Shown here in pieces: positions 26,343 through 35,775 of a stretch of DNA of 64,000 nucleotides (position 1 is the stretch's first letter; each line of letters opens with the position of its first letter). A program made the position numbers and the translations under genes. Below the pieces are notes generated by a model that was not told the DNA's origin, made no database searches, and saw only the letters and a list, made by a program, of their open reading frames with translations. The stretch covers positions 5,921 through 69,920 of the forward strand of contig JAGOQI010000003.1 of the NCBI GenBank assembly GCA_017991515.1. Reading direction: 5' to 3'. This stretch comes from Minisyncoccota bacterium (GTDB lineage Bacteria; Patescibacteriota; Minisyncoccia; Phycocordibacterales; UBA9973).

Positions 26343-26501
26343 ATGGGAAAAAGAACAACATCACTAAGAGGGGGCGTAAAGTCAAAACGATCACATAAAA
26401 CAAAGAAAAGACTTGAGGTAAAGCACACTATGCTAAAAGCAAAAGCTGCAAAGAAAAAAGTATCAAAAAGAAAAGTTACTAAAAAGGTAGTAAAGAAATA
26501 A
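26343..26501 (+). CDS. unannotated small highly basic protein (52 aa), possibly ribosomal protein bL32-like
   Basis: ORF not in the supplied track; MGKRTTSLRGGVKSKRSHKTKKRLEV... resembles the bL32 N-terminal K/R-RTSKS+R..RR.H pattern; perfect TATAAT at 26308-26313 upstream and a hairpin terminator right after the stop. Confidence 0.35.
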   Translation: MGKRTTSLRGGVKSKRSHKTKKRLEVKHTMLKAKAAKKKVSKRKVTKKVVKK

Positions 26502-26502
26502 T

Positions 26503-26533
26503 AAAAAAAATCCCCAAATGGGGATTTTTTTAT
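26503..26533. terminator. bidirectional intrinsic terminator (tcccca-aat-tgggga flanked by A8 and T7)
   Basis: hairpin with flanking homopolymer runs, shared by the convergent small ORF and the antiporter gene. Confidence 0.65.
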
Positions 26534-28221
26534 TTAAGGTTTAATAAATGTTCTACTCTTTCTTTTGAGATACCTTCAGAATCAAAACCGTGTTTTGAAA
26601 TCATGGAAGCAGCATACTTTGCGCCCAAGTGGTGTGGCATGATGACATAAGAAGCTCCAGCATCATATAGCTCTTTTGCGTCTATATTATTATTAGCTAT
26701 TACAACAACAATACCTTGATCATTTGTTTTACGATAATATTTAACGAGTAGTATATTTGTCTTATGTTCTGGAATAGTTGAAATAATTAATCTAGAAGTA
26801 GAAAAATCTATTTCTTGCAAAAATTCTATATCTTCTGCATCTCCATATCTAAACGGAATATTTTCTTTTTGGAGTTTTTTTATAGAAGTTGGATTATAGT
26901 CCACGACAATAAAGTTACTACTTATCCCTGAGGTACTTTTTACAAATTCATGACCCACTCTATCATAACCAAAGATTACTATATCAGGACCATTTTCAGC
27001 CGTTTCATTTTCTATGTGTGTTTTTTTATAAATAGAAATAAACTTAAGGAATCTATATAATTTCTTGTAAATATTGTCAGCGTAAAGTATCAAATAAGTA
27101 GATCCTGCAATAGTAATAATACCTACCAATGTCACCAAAGAAACAGTTTGTTCATTTATATGACCTAGACTAAAACCAAGAGCAACTAATATCAAAGAAA
27201 ACTCACTTATTTGTGCAACAGTAAGCCCTGCCATAAATGAAGTTTTAGTTCGATACTTCAATGTATTCATCAATATAAATACTATTAAAGGATTTCCAAT
27301 AAGAACAAAAGCGGAGAGAATAAGTGCCGGAATTAAAATAACAGAAAGCTGACTGAGTACCATTTGAGCTCCAAGCAGTATGAAAAATATTAAAATAAAG
27401 AAATCACGAAGAGGTTTCATTCGAGCCCCTATTTCATAAGCAAATGGAGAAACAGCTAACATCACACCGGCAACCAAAGCCCCTATTTCAATAGAGAAAC
27501 CTATAACATGAAAGAGTGATGAAAGACCCAACCCCCAAGCAATAGAAAAAATAAATAAAACTTCTTGATTTCCTCCGACAAAAGATATAACTTTTGGCAA
27601 AATATATTTACTAATAAAGTAAAGTATTACAGAGATAGCTCCTCCTAAAACAAACAGCCGCAATAACTCTCCTCCAACAGCAAAGCTTTCTCCTCCTGTT
27701 GAGGCAACAGAAGAAACAGCTGTGACTGCCAACAAAATAAGTGTTGCTACTAAATCTTGGACTAAAAGAAAACCTATAGAAACTTTTCCATAAAGCTTAT
27801 TCATATCTCCCCTGTCGGTCAGAAGTTTTAAAATAATAATAGTACTACTAAATGTCAGGGCGACAGCAATATACAAAGAAGCAGAAATATCAAAGCCTAA
27901 ACTCTTCACCAGGAAAAATCCAAACACAGAAGTAAATAATATCTGACCTATACCAGTGACCAAAGATGTCTTCCCCACCTCTTTTACAATAGATGGATTG
28001 AGAGTCAGTCCTACAATAAAAAGAAGTATAGAAATACCTATTTTAGAAAAAAGCTCCATTTCTTCTTTTGAGTGCAACAAATCCAGTGCATAAGGTCCAA
28101 CTAAAATACCAGTTGCGATGTATCCTACAATAAGTGGTTGTTTTAAAACCCTCATAAACAAAGCGATCAAAGTAGCTATAACTAATATAATAGAAAGTTC
28201 CAAAAATATTGGCATGTGCAA
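26530..28221 (-). CDS. monovalent cation:proton antiporter-2 (CPA2, Kef-type) with C-terminal RCK/TrkA-N domain
   Basis: 563 aa; ~12 TM Na+/H+-exchanger-type domain followed by a Rossmann-like IVIFGYDRVGHEF region. Confidence 0.8.
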   Translation of the reverse strand: MHMPIFLELSIILVIATLIALFMRVLKQPLIVGYIATGILVGPYALDLLHSKEEMELFSKIGISILLFIVGLTLNPSIVKEVGKTSLVTGIGQILFTSVFGFFLVKSLGFDISASLYIAVALTFSSTIIILKLLTDRGDMNKLYGKVSIGFLLVQDLVATLILLAVTAVSSVASTGGESFAVGGELLRLFVLGGAISVILYFISKYILPKVISFVGGNQEVLFIFSIAWGLGLSSLFHVIGFSIEIGALVAGVMLAVSPFAYEIGARMKPLRDFFILIFFILLGAQMVLSQLSVILIPALILSAFVLIGNPLIVFILMNTLKYRTKTSFMAGLTVAQISEFSLILVALGFSLGHINEQTVSLVTLVGIITIAGSTYLILYADNIYKKLYRFLKFISIYKKTHIENETAENGPDIVIFGYDRVGHEFVKSTSGISSNFIVVDYNPTSIKKLQKENIPFRYGDAEDIEFLQEIDFSTSRLIISTIPEHKTNILLVKYYRKTNDQGIVVVIANNNIDAKELYDAGASYVIMPHHLGAKYAASMISKHGFDSEGISKERVEHLLNLK

Positions 28222-28261
28222 GTATTATATCAGGAAATTTTCCTATGATATAATTTTAATT

Positions 28262-28801
28262 ATGAAATATGGTCTGAAGAAAGGCTTTACCTTGATAGAA
28301 CTATTAGTTGTAATAGCTATCATAGGAATACTCGCATCTGTAATAATGGTTTCTATAAATTCAGCCAGAAGAAAAGCTAGAAATTCGAAAAGATCTTCGG
28401 ATATTGTCCAACTAAGAAGCGCTTTTAATCTTGGTATTAATTCAGGTTCAATAATAGATAGCTACACAGTTCCAACACCAATACCAGACAATAAAGGCTG
28501 GGTGTGCGTTAGTACTACATGCTATGGAGGCTGGCAAGGGTATCCTCATAAAGACACAGTGGATGCTTATTTAGCAGCATTTTTACCAATCAAACCAACA
28601 GACCCGGATGATACCTCAAGACTATACGGGGGTTATATTTATAACAGTAACTATGGAAAAACCGGGAGCACAGGGGTTGTGGTACCCGTAGGCCCAACTA
28701 TTTTATGGTTATTAGAAGTACCTGCAACTTATAGTCAGTGCGCTCCTGGTGTTCCTTTTTGGACATCTTCATCATACCTAGAGTGTGCTTTGAGTCTTTA
28801 A
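28262..28801 (+). CDS. type IV pilin / pseudopilin (prepilin-type N-terminal cleavage-methylation domain)
   Basis: start moved to MKYGLKKGFTLIELLVVIAIIGILASVIMV (class III signal G/FTLIE and hydrophobic helix); the ORF-track start upstream overlaps the antiporter gene. Confidence 0.8.
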   Translation: MKYGLKKGFTLIELLVVIAIIGILASVIMVSINSARRKARNSKRSSDIVQLRSAFNLGINSGSIIDSYTVPTPIPDNKGWVCVSTTCYGGWQGYPHKDTVDAYLAAFLPIKPTDPDDTSRLYGGYIYNSNYGKTGSTGVVVPVGPTILWLLEVPATYSQCAPGVPFWTSSSYLECALSL

Positions 28802-28955
28802 AATACACTATGTTACAATAAAAATATATGCCGCCCGAAGAAAATCACATAGAAACAGCGCTTGAGTCTGCAGAGAAAAAAATTGAGCAAGTGGCTACAG
28901 AGATGGAGGTTAAACTACCAAAAGGAACACTACCTTTACTATAAGAATAATCACC

Positions 28956-29312
28956 TTGATATTTATTGTCGGAGGATTAAGTATTCTCGGAAGCGTTTTT
29001 ACCGACTTCTCTGTACCTAAAGGTGGTGGTTTTACCTTGCATACATATAGACTTATAACAGGAGTAGTTTTTCTGGGAGTAGCCTATGGTATGTACACCC
29101 ATCAGAGATGGTCGCTGTGGTTATATGGAATAATAGTGTTTATCGGCTTTTTCCTAAACTTCACCCTCGCTATTGCTCCCGCACTTTTAGTTATTTATCT
29201 TTATACCCAAAGAAAGATGTTCACCCCAGGGATACTCGACGAAATTTCAAATAAATTTTTTGACAAAGTTCAAACTAAATACAATTCTATATTTTACTCA
29301 AAACAACCTTAA
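28956..29312 (+). CDS. hypothetical small membrane protein (3 TM)
   Basis: 118-aa ORF, strongly hydrophobic. Confidence 0.45.
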   Translation: MIFIVGGLSILGSVFTDFSVPKGGGFTLHTYRLITGVVFLGVAYGMYTHQRWSLWLYGIIVFIGFFLNFTLAIAPALLVIYLYTQRKMFTPGILDEISNKFFDKVQTKYNSIFYSKQP

Positions 29313-29365
29313 TTTGACATTACACGATTAAAATATTAGATTAGTGTAAACTAAAACTCATTAAT

Positions 29366-29698
29366 ATGATTGTAAATGCTATTTACTGGGAAGACTTAAT
29401 TAAGGCTGAAAAAAGGATAGTCGAATCTGCTATAAGATTCTTAAACAAACCAAGTAGTAATCAACTACGCGCCTGTATGGAATGCGAATTAGAAGATTAC
29501 TCTGATTTATTAAAGGAAGACATCAAAGAATTCAGAATAAGAGAGGAGGCTATTTTAAAACTTGAATCCGGAGACCTAAAAGCATGGAACGAATTTGGCC
29601 AAGGATCGAAAGATTTGTTTCATCAATATCCTGATCTAAAAAAAGATTTTTTAGAAGCTGCACTGGAAAGAGGTATTGAGTTCTCTGTAGAAAATTAA
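29366..29698 (+). CDS. hypothetical cytoplasmic protein
   Basis: 110-aa ORF followed by a clear terminator hairpin. Confidence 0.5.
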   Translation: MIVNAIYWEDLIKAEKRIVESAIRFLNKPSSNQLRACMECELEDYSDLLKEDIKEFRIREEAILKLESGDLKAWNEFGQGSKDLFHQYPDLKKDFLEAALERGIEFSVEN

Positions 29699-29705
29699 AT
29701 TATTT

Positions 29706-29735
29706 AAAAAGTCTAAAATTTTAGACTTTTTTTAT
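29706..29735 (+). terminator. intrinsic terminator (gtctaaaa/ttttagac + T7)
   Basis: perfect 8-bp palindrome followed by a T-run. Confidence 0.7.
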
Positions 29736-29750
29736 TTCCAAAAATTACTG

Positions 29751-29821
29751 CTGGGGTGCAAGGACTCGAACCTCAATAAACGGAACCAAAATCCGTTGTC
29801 CTACCATTAGACGACACCCCA
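29751..29821 (-). tRNA. tRNA-Gln (anticodon TTG)
   Basis: TGGGGTGTCGTCTAATGGTAGGACAACGGATTTTGGTTCCGTTTATTGAGGTTCGAGTCCTTGCACCCCAG; U1-A72 pair as in bacterial tRNA-Gln. Confidence 0.85.
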
Positions 29822-29858
29822 ATATTTAAACTTGCCAGCAATTTATAACATAAATTGC

Positions 29859-30923
29859 TTATGATTTCAATTCTGTACCAGTCATTTCTAAAAATGCTAA
29901 TTCTAGAGGAAGTACCGGTATAGCAGCGTAAGCTATACGCTCTACAGCAGTAATCATAGCGACGATACTATTAGAGGAAATAACTTCTGCGCCTTCAACT
30001 GCCCCCTTCTTGATGATCTCAATATACTTTTCATTATGCTTAGCTTCTATTTCTTCTCGAAGTTTTGGAGCATAGCGATACATCAAACTCATACGCATAG
30101 TGTCGAGCATTAGCTCAGCGAGCAACATCATATCTGTGTGGTGATCATTACTTTTTGATAAAACAGTATAAGCACTATCCATATCTTTATTTATCAAAGC
30201 ATCATAAAGATCGTGAATAACAGAGAGTGATGGAGCGCCGGTAACTCTTTCAACAAGTTCACGATTTATATTTCTATCCGTGGAAGCAGAAATAGTTTTT
30301 TGCAAAAGTCCATAAGTATCTCGGAAAGATCCGTCTCCAAGAAAACCTATCAAAGCCGCAGCTTCGTTGTCTATCTTTACTTTTTCTCTCTTGGCAATGT
30401 CTTCAACTATAGTTGTCAAAATTTTCTCTGTAGGCTTACGAAAAGAAAATACCTGGCAACGAGATAGTATTGTCTCTGGAACCTTATCAAACTCTGTTGT
30501 TGCTAGTATAAAGACTACATGAGTTGGAGGTTCTTCGAGAGTTTTAAGAAGTGCATTAAATGCTTCTTTTGTAAGCATGTGGACCTCGTCAATAATGTAA
30601 ACCTTAAACCTTGAAGAGAATGGGAAAGACCGAACAGCTTCACGAAGTGCTCTAATATCGTCTATACCTCGATTTGAAGCGGCATCTATCTCAATAATGT
30701 CTTCTGGGCTAGTACCAATAGACTTAGCAAAAATACGAGCCACAGAAGTCTTACCAGTCCCCCGGCTACCAGTGAAAAGATAGGCTTGGGCAAAAGAGTT
30801 GTTAGTTATGGATTGCTTTAAAACAGAGACTATATGTTCTTGGCCTACTACTTCTTCCCAATCAGAAGGTCGGTATTTGCGGTATAACACTTGGCTATTA
30901 GTCTCTTTTATCATGATGACCAT
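29859..30923 (-). CDS. dnaX: DNA polymerase III subunit gamma/tau, short form
   Basis: 354 aa; clamp-loader AAA+ motifs (LFTGSRGTGKTS, IIDEVHMLTKEAFNALLKTLEEPP, SRC sensor). Confidence 0.8.
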   Translation of the reverse strand: MVIMIKETNSQVLYRKYRPSDWEEVVGQEHIVSVLKQSITNNSFAQAYLFTGSRGTGKTSVARIFAKSIGTSPEDIIEIDAASNRGIDDIRALREAVRSFPFSSRFKVYIIDEVHMLTKEAFNALLKTLEEPPTHVVFILATTEFDKVPETILSRCQVFSFRKPTEKILTTIVEDIAKREKVKIDNEAAALIGFLGDGSFRDTYGLLQKTISASTDRNINRELVERVTGAPSLSVIHDLYDALINKDMDSAYTVLSKSNDHHTDMMLLAELMLDTMRMSLMYRYAPKLREEIEAKHNEKYIEIIKKGAVEGAEVISSNSIVAMITAVERIAYAAIPVLPLELAFLEMTGTELKS

Positions 30924-30978
30924 TGTACCAAAAAAGTAAAAACCCCGCTAAATAATAACGGGGCTAGTAAGTTTTCTA

Positions 30979-31407
30979 CTAATTAATCTGATGAATTTTT
31001 AAATTAAAACAAAATCCATTACCATTTTTTGCAATTTTTAAAATAGCTAAGCCTTCAAAAATATCACCCTTAGAAGATTGTATTTTGTTAATAATTTCTA
31101 AATTATCATGCAAACAAAGAGATGAGCAACAAAAAGATGCTTGGTCACCAATCTTTCCTTTTTCGTCTACAAGATTATTAACTAACTCAGCTAAAATACT
31201 TTTTTTGTTTTGACCTTCACATTTTAATAAATTTAAAATTTTTGGGTCCAAAACTTTTTTTATAATTTCTTTGTGAATATGATCTCTAATGCGTTGGACA
31301 TTAGAATCAAAATCAGACTGGGCTTTTAAAAGTCTTAACTCTGACTGATTTAAAGCGGATTTTTCTGCTGCTGCCACTAAGATGAGCGGTTTAGTTTGGA
31401 TTACCAT
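30979..31407 (-). CDS. hypothetical protein
   Basis: 142-aa ORF upstream of dnaX; no motif recognised. Confidence 0.45.
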   Translation of the reverse strand: MVIQTKPLILVAAAEKSALNQSELRLLKAQSDFDSNVQRIRDHIHKEIIKKVLDPKILNLLKCEGQNKKSILAELVNNLVDEKGKIGDQASFCCSSLCLHDNLEIINKIQSSKGDIFEGLAILKIAKNGNGFCFNLKIHQIN

Positions 31408-31439
31408 AAAGAATAGTTTTTCTTTAAGGTTATCACCTC

Positions 31440-32522
31440 TTAACCTTTTGTCAAAAATTCTTCCACTATAGCATTTACTTCTCCTGAATTATTAGCTCTT
31501 TCCATAAGCGCTATACGAAGCTCTTTAGCACCTGCAAAACCCGTGACATAAGCTTTCATATGCTTCTTTATGATATTGAAACTTTTTATATCTCCCAACA
31601 TTTTTTCATAAAGCTGACAGTGCTCCACCATAACAGTAAGTCTCTCTTGTATAGTTATCGGTTTTATATTTGAAACAGAAGCTCCTCTTTTGGTATCAAA
31701 AAACTTTTTGATAAATGGAAGCTTGCGCAATATCCACGGAGCACGCTTTGGTAAGGTTGCGACGACACCTCTACTCTCATCAAAAAACCAAGGATTTCCA
31801 AAAAGTGCCCTGCCTACCATCACCCCATCAGCACCACTTTGCTCTGCTTTCTCTCTACCATCTGCCAGAGAAACAACATCGCCGTTCCCTATGATAAGAG
31901 TGTTTGGAGCTATTTCATCACGGAGTTTTACAATCTCTTTTATATAATCCCAATTTGCTGGAACCTTGGACATGTCTTTGCGAGTTCGAGCATGCACACT
32001 AAGGACTGCAATATCTTGTTTCAACAGAAATCCTATCCAGCTTTTTATTTCAACACTGTTATAACCTACACGAGTTTTTACTGAAATTGGAATATCCTTA
32101 CCTGAACTTTCTACTCCCTTTTTTGCAGCTGCTATAACACTACTGGCAACTTCTGGAGTTTTGATCATACCCGCACCAGAGCCTTGTTTTTCAATAGACT
32201 TATCAGGACAACCCATATTTATATCTATGCCATCAAAACCAAGCTCAGCACATAACTTGGCAGCTGCTTCCATATTTACAGGATCTGCACTGAAGAGCTG
32301 AGCTACTATAGGACGCTCAACTTCACTAAAGGCTAGATCTCTTTTAAGCATTTCTCTGCCGGCACTATTTAGACCATTAGCAGAAACGAATTCTGTCCAC
32401 ATAACATCTGGTTTTCCATACTTGGAGATAAGGAGTCTAAATGCCGGATCGGTAACATCTGCCATTGGCGCAACAGCAAAAAAAGGTTTCTTATTATTTT
32501 TTAATTCTGACCAAAAGTTCAT
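31440..32522 (-). CDS. tRNA-dihydrouridine synthase (Dus family)
   Basis: 360 aa; Dus N-terminal signature FFAVAPMADVTDPAFRLL and TIM-barrel FMN-binding region. Confidence 0.85.
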   Translation of the reverse strand: MNFWSELKNNKKPFFAVAPMADVTDPAFRLLISKYGKPDVMWTEFVSANGLNSAGREMLKRDLAFSEVERPIVAQLFSADPVNMEAAAKLCAELGFDGIDINMGCPDKSIEKQGSGAGMIKTPEVASSVIAAAKKGVESSGKDIPISVKTRVGYNSVEIKSWIGFLLKQDIAVLSVHARTRKDMSKVPANWDYIKEIVKLRDEIAPNTLIIGNGDVVSLADGREKAEQSGADGVMVGRALFGNPWFFDESRGVVATLPKRAPWILRKLPFIKKFFDTKRGASVSNIKPITIQERLTVMVEHCQLYEKMLGDIKSFNIIKKHMKAYVTGFAGAKELRIALMERANNSGEVNAIVEEFLTKG

Positions 32523-33382
32523 TGTTCTTCTTCTACGGTTTTTATACCTTCATCAAATTTATAAATTATTTTGCTTGGGAAACGGACATCTATATAAAGG
32601 AGCTTTTTATTTGGATTATGGAACTTTGACGAAAGTGGTTCAGTTCGAATACCAGAGAAAACATATTCCAAAGAAGTTTCGACATTATTTCTCGGATCAA
32701 TTATTATTTTAGATATTGATTTATTGTGCAGAAAATCAATATCAAGTTGTCGCTCTGAAACATAGTCAAAAGTAGTAGGTATTATGTTTATAGCCAACAA
32801 TCTTTCTGAAATTTCAGTAACATCTTTTATATTATCAACACTTAAAGCTGAAAAAGGAAGTTCCTTAACAACTAAGTCTACAAATATTTTTGAATAAGCT
32901 GTTCCAGAAAAAACCGGGGCTTTACTATAAACAAATCCTTGTTTATCCATAAAATAACAATCTTCCTGATTTTTCCCACACCAAAGAAATTCTGCTTGAA
33001 ACTCTTTTATATCTACTTTTATAGAATGAAAATCTGCTCTTTTAATATTTATAGTTTCTATTCTAGAAAAATTATTTTTTACTTTTTCTTTTATAGATCT
33101 TTCATTGATTAGAAAAATACTACTCTTAGGAAATATCCATAAATACTTCCCTACTAATTGTTCTTTAATATTGTCCTCTATGTCAATCTTGCTTATAACC
33201 TCTGTTCCTAAAACTTCAATATTAAAAACTTGAAACTTTGGATGTCTCAATAAAAATCCAATGCCGAACAAAAATAAAAGTGTTAAAAATATCTTAAAAA
33301 ATCTTTTCCAAGAAAATTTCTTTTTTTCAGTCTTTACAGACTTTTCTTTGAGAACAGAAGCTTGATAGTTTCTTTCATACAT
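32519..33382 (-). CDS. ftsQ: cell division protein FtsQ/DivIB (TM + POTRA)
   Basis: 287 aa; N-terminal TM (FLTLLFLFGIGFLL) then POTRA-like region (FNIEVLGTEVISKIDIEDNIKEQLVGKYLWIF). Confidence 0.65.
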   Translation of the reverse strand: MYERNYQASVLKEKSVKTEKKKFSWKRFFKIFLTLLFLFGIGFLLRHPKFQVFNIEVLGTEVISKIDIEDNIKEQLVGKYLWIFPKSSIFLINERSIKEKVKNNFSRIETINIKRADFHSIKVDIKEFQAEFLWCGKNQEDCYFMDKQGFVYSKAPVFSGTAYSKIFVDLVVKELPFSALSVDNIKDVTEISERLLAINIIPTTFDYVSERQLDIDFLHNKSISKIIIDPRNNVETSLEYVFSGIRTEPLSSKFHNPNKKLLYIDVRFPSKIIYKFDEGIKTVEEEQ

Positions 33383-33388
33383 AAGGAT

Positions 33389-34651
33389 TTATTTACCAAG
33401 CACATCTTTGCCTATATATGGTCGAAGTACTTCTGGAACCAAGATTGTGCCATCTGCTTGTTGATAGTTCTCTATGATAGACGCCAAAATTCTTGGAGTG
33501 GCCACAAGGGTATTGTTGAGTGAGTGGGCATAGCGAAGTTTTCCTTCTTTGTCTTTATATCTGATATTTAAACGGCGAGTTTGGAAATCATGAAAGTAAG
33601 AAGAGGAATGAGTTTCTCTAAACTTTTCTTGTGAAGGAACCCAGACCTCTATATCGTATTTCTTAACCTGGCCCAGACCCAAATCTCCTCCGCAGTTTGT
33701 AACAACATGATAGTGAAGACCAAGTTCTTGCAAAAGAGTTTCTACATTTTGAGTTATTTCTTCATGCAAAGATACAGATGTCTCATGAAGAGCTTCACAC
33801 AAAACTACTTGTTCTAATTTGAAAAATTCATGCACTCTGATTAGGCCCTTTACATCTTTACCATGACTTCCTGCCTCTCTACGAAAACATGGAGAGAAAG
33901 CTATATACTTTTTAGGTAAATCTTCCAAAGACAATACTTCATCACTGTGATAACTCATCATTGCTACCTCACCAGTACCAGCCAAATAACTATCGTCTTG
34001 AGTTTTATACAAATCATCTTCACCTTGAGGTAAATATCCGGAACCAAAAAGAGTTTGTTTGTTTACAAGAGATGGAACAGAAAGTGGGCTATAACCTTTT
34101 TTAACTAAAGCATTTAAAAAATATTGCCAAAGTGCAAATTGCAAAAGCACTCCATCATTTTTCAAAAAGTAACCACGGAAACCAGAGACCTTTGCACCTC
34201 TTTCAAAATCCACCATATCAAGTGCTTCCATAAGCTCTGTATGATCTTTTGGTTTAAAATCAAAAGCAGGTTTTTCTCCAAAGACATGGTGCTCAACATT
34301 ATCCGCATCATCTTTACCTTCTGGTACAGACATATCTGGGATATTTGGTACTTGAAGCATAAGCTCTTGCCAAACCTTTGTGACTTCACGAACAGTCTCT
34401 TCAGCTTTTTGGACCTTCTCTTTAATAGGCTTCAAAGCCTCTATCATATTTGCTCTTTCATCAGGAGAAGCTTTTGCCACAGCGTCTGAGAGTTCATTTT
34501 GTTCAGCTCGGAGATTTTCAAAGATATTTAGAGCTTCTTTTCTTCTCTCTTCAGCTACCAAAAGTTCATCTACATTAAAAGATAAGTGCTTCTTTTTTAC
34601 AGCCTCTTTGATAAGTTCTGGGTTTTCCCGAATGAATTTAATATCTAACAT
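33389..34651 (-). CDS. serS: seryl-tRNA synthetase
   Basis: start placed at MLDIKFIRENPELIKEAVKKK (AAGGA 9 nt upstream); coiled-coil tRNA-binding arm and class II motifs. Confidence 0.9.
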   Translation of the reverse strand: MLDIKFIRENPELIKEAVKKKHLSFNVDELLVAEERRKEALNIFENLRAEQNELSDAVAKASPDERANMIEALKPIKEKVQKAEETVREVTKVWQELMLQVPNIPDMSVPEGKDDADNVEHHVFGEKPAFDFKPKDHTELMEALDMVDFERGAKVSGFRGYFLKNDGVLLQFALWQYFLNALVKKGYSPLSVPSLVNKQTLFGSGYLPQGEDDLYKTQDDSYLAGTGEVAMMSYHSDEVLSLEDLPKKYIAFSPCFRREAGSHGKDVKGLIRVHEFFKLEQVVLCEALHETSVSLHEEITQNVETLLQELGLHYHVVTNCGGDLGLGQVKKYDIEVWVPSQEKFRETHSSSYFHDFQTRRLNIRYKDKEGKLRYAHSLNNTLVATPRILASIIENYQQADGTILVPEVLRPYIGKDVLGK

Positions 34652-34688
34652 TCCTTCATAGTACCAAAGTTGGTACAATTATTCCAAC

Positions 34689-35552
34689 ATGGAAGACTTT
34701 CCCATAGAAGAAATTGACCCATTTATATCTTTTCCCTCTCTTGCCGAAATACCCCAAAAACCAAAGCGGTTATATATCCGAGGTTCCTTAGAGCAAATTA
34801 AAAATAAAAAAGTTATCGCTATTGTTGGTTCTCGAGCTTGTACTAGTTATGGGACAAATGCTTGCCGAACTCTGATAGAAGGTCTCCGTGGATACAATGT
34901 TGTAATAGTCTCAGGTCTGGCTATGGGGATAGATGCTGTCGCTCATAAAGTTGCTCTTGAAAATAATCTCACCACTATTGCTTTCCCTGGTTCGGGATTG
35001 TCTTGGAAAACTATTTATCCTGCTATTAACAAAGGCTTAGCTAAAGAAATATTAAACCACGGTGGCGCACTTATTTCAGAATATGAAGCAGAAACAAAAG
35101 GTGCTATTTGGACATTTCCACAAAGAAACAGATTGGTCGCAGGTATTGCCGATATTGTGATAGTGATAGAAGCTCAAGAAAAGTCAGGAGCGCTTATTAC
35201 CGCTAGACTTGGAACTGAATACAACAAAATAGTCGGTGCGCTTCCGGGAAGTATTTATAATGATTCTTCCAAAGGTGCAAATTGGCTACTGCGACTTGGT
35301 GCTGTGCCTATCACAAGTAGTGCGGATATTTTGCAGGAGTTAGGGCTACAAGCCAAAGATGTACCTATAGAAGCGCTACTTTTAAATGAAAAAGAAAGTA
35401 AAGTCTTAGAAGCTTTGAATGAGCCAAAAACTAAAGACGCTATTATAGAAGAAGTTGGTATAACTAGCGCCGAAGCTAATGTCGTCTTCTCAACTTTAGA
35501 AATAAAAGGATTAATAAAAGAAACTTACGGACTAGTAGAGAGAATTGCATAA
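34689..35552 (+). CDS. dprA: DNA processing protein DprA (Smf)
   Basis: 287 aa; Rossmann-like DprA core (..VIAIVGSRACTSYG..VVIVSGLAMGIDAVAHKVALE..TIAFPGSGL..). Confidence 0.85.
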   Translation: MEDFPIEEIDPFISFPSLAEIPQKPKRLYIRGSLEQIKNKKVIAIVGSRACTSYGTNACRTLIEGLRGYNVVIVSGLAMGIDAVAHKVALENNLTTIAFPGSGLSWKTIYPAINKGLAKEILNHGGALISEYEAETKGAIWTFPQRNRLVAGIADIVIVIEAQEKSGALITARLGTEYNKIVGALPGSIYNDSSKGANWLLRLGAVPITSSADILQELGLQAKDVPIEALLLNEKESKVLEALNEPKTKDAIIEEVGITSAEANVVFSTLEIKGLIKETYGLVERIA

Positions 35553-35696
35553 TTTTCAAAAAAATGTAGGATTAATAAAAACCCATAGTGAATGCCGATA
35601 AATAAAAATTATTGTTCCAAACCAAAAGGATCTCCTTCATACTTTTTGAGAAAGATCCAAAACCGCAAGAAAAATTAGTATAAAAAATTAAAGAAA

Positions 35697-35722
35697 GGCC
35701 ACCTGATGAGGTGGTTTTTTGT
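35697..35722 (+). terminator. intrinsic terminator after dprA (ccacct-gatg-aggtgg + T6)
   Basis: hairpin followed by a T-run. Confidence 0.6.
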
Positions 35723-35775
35723 CGAGTGAAATTTGCCATTTTTTTTCTGGCATGGTACTACTGCATGCACAAGCT

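Noticed and set aside
28839-28952. 37-aa plus-strand ORF (MPPEENHIETALESAEKKIEQVATEMEVKLPKGTLPLL) between the pilin gene and the next membrane protein
   Set aside because: No RBS, promoter or motif; too short to support; could be real but unprovable here
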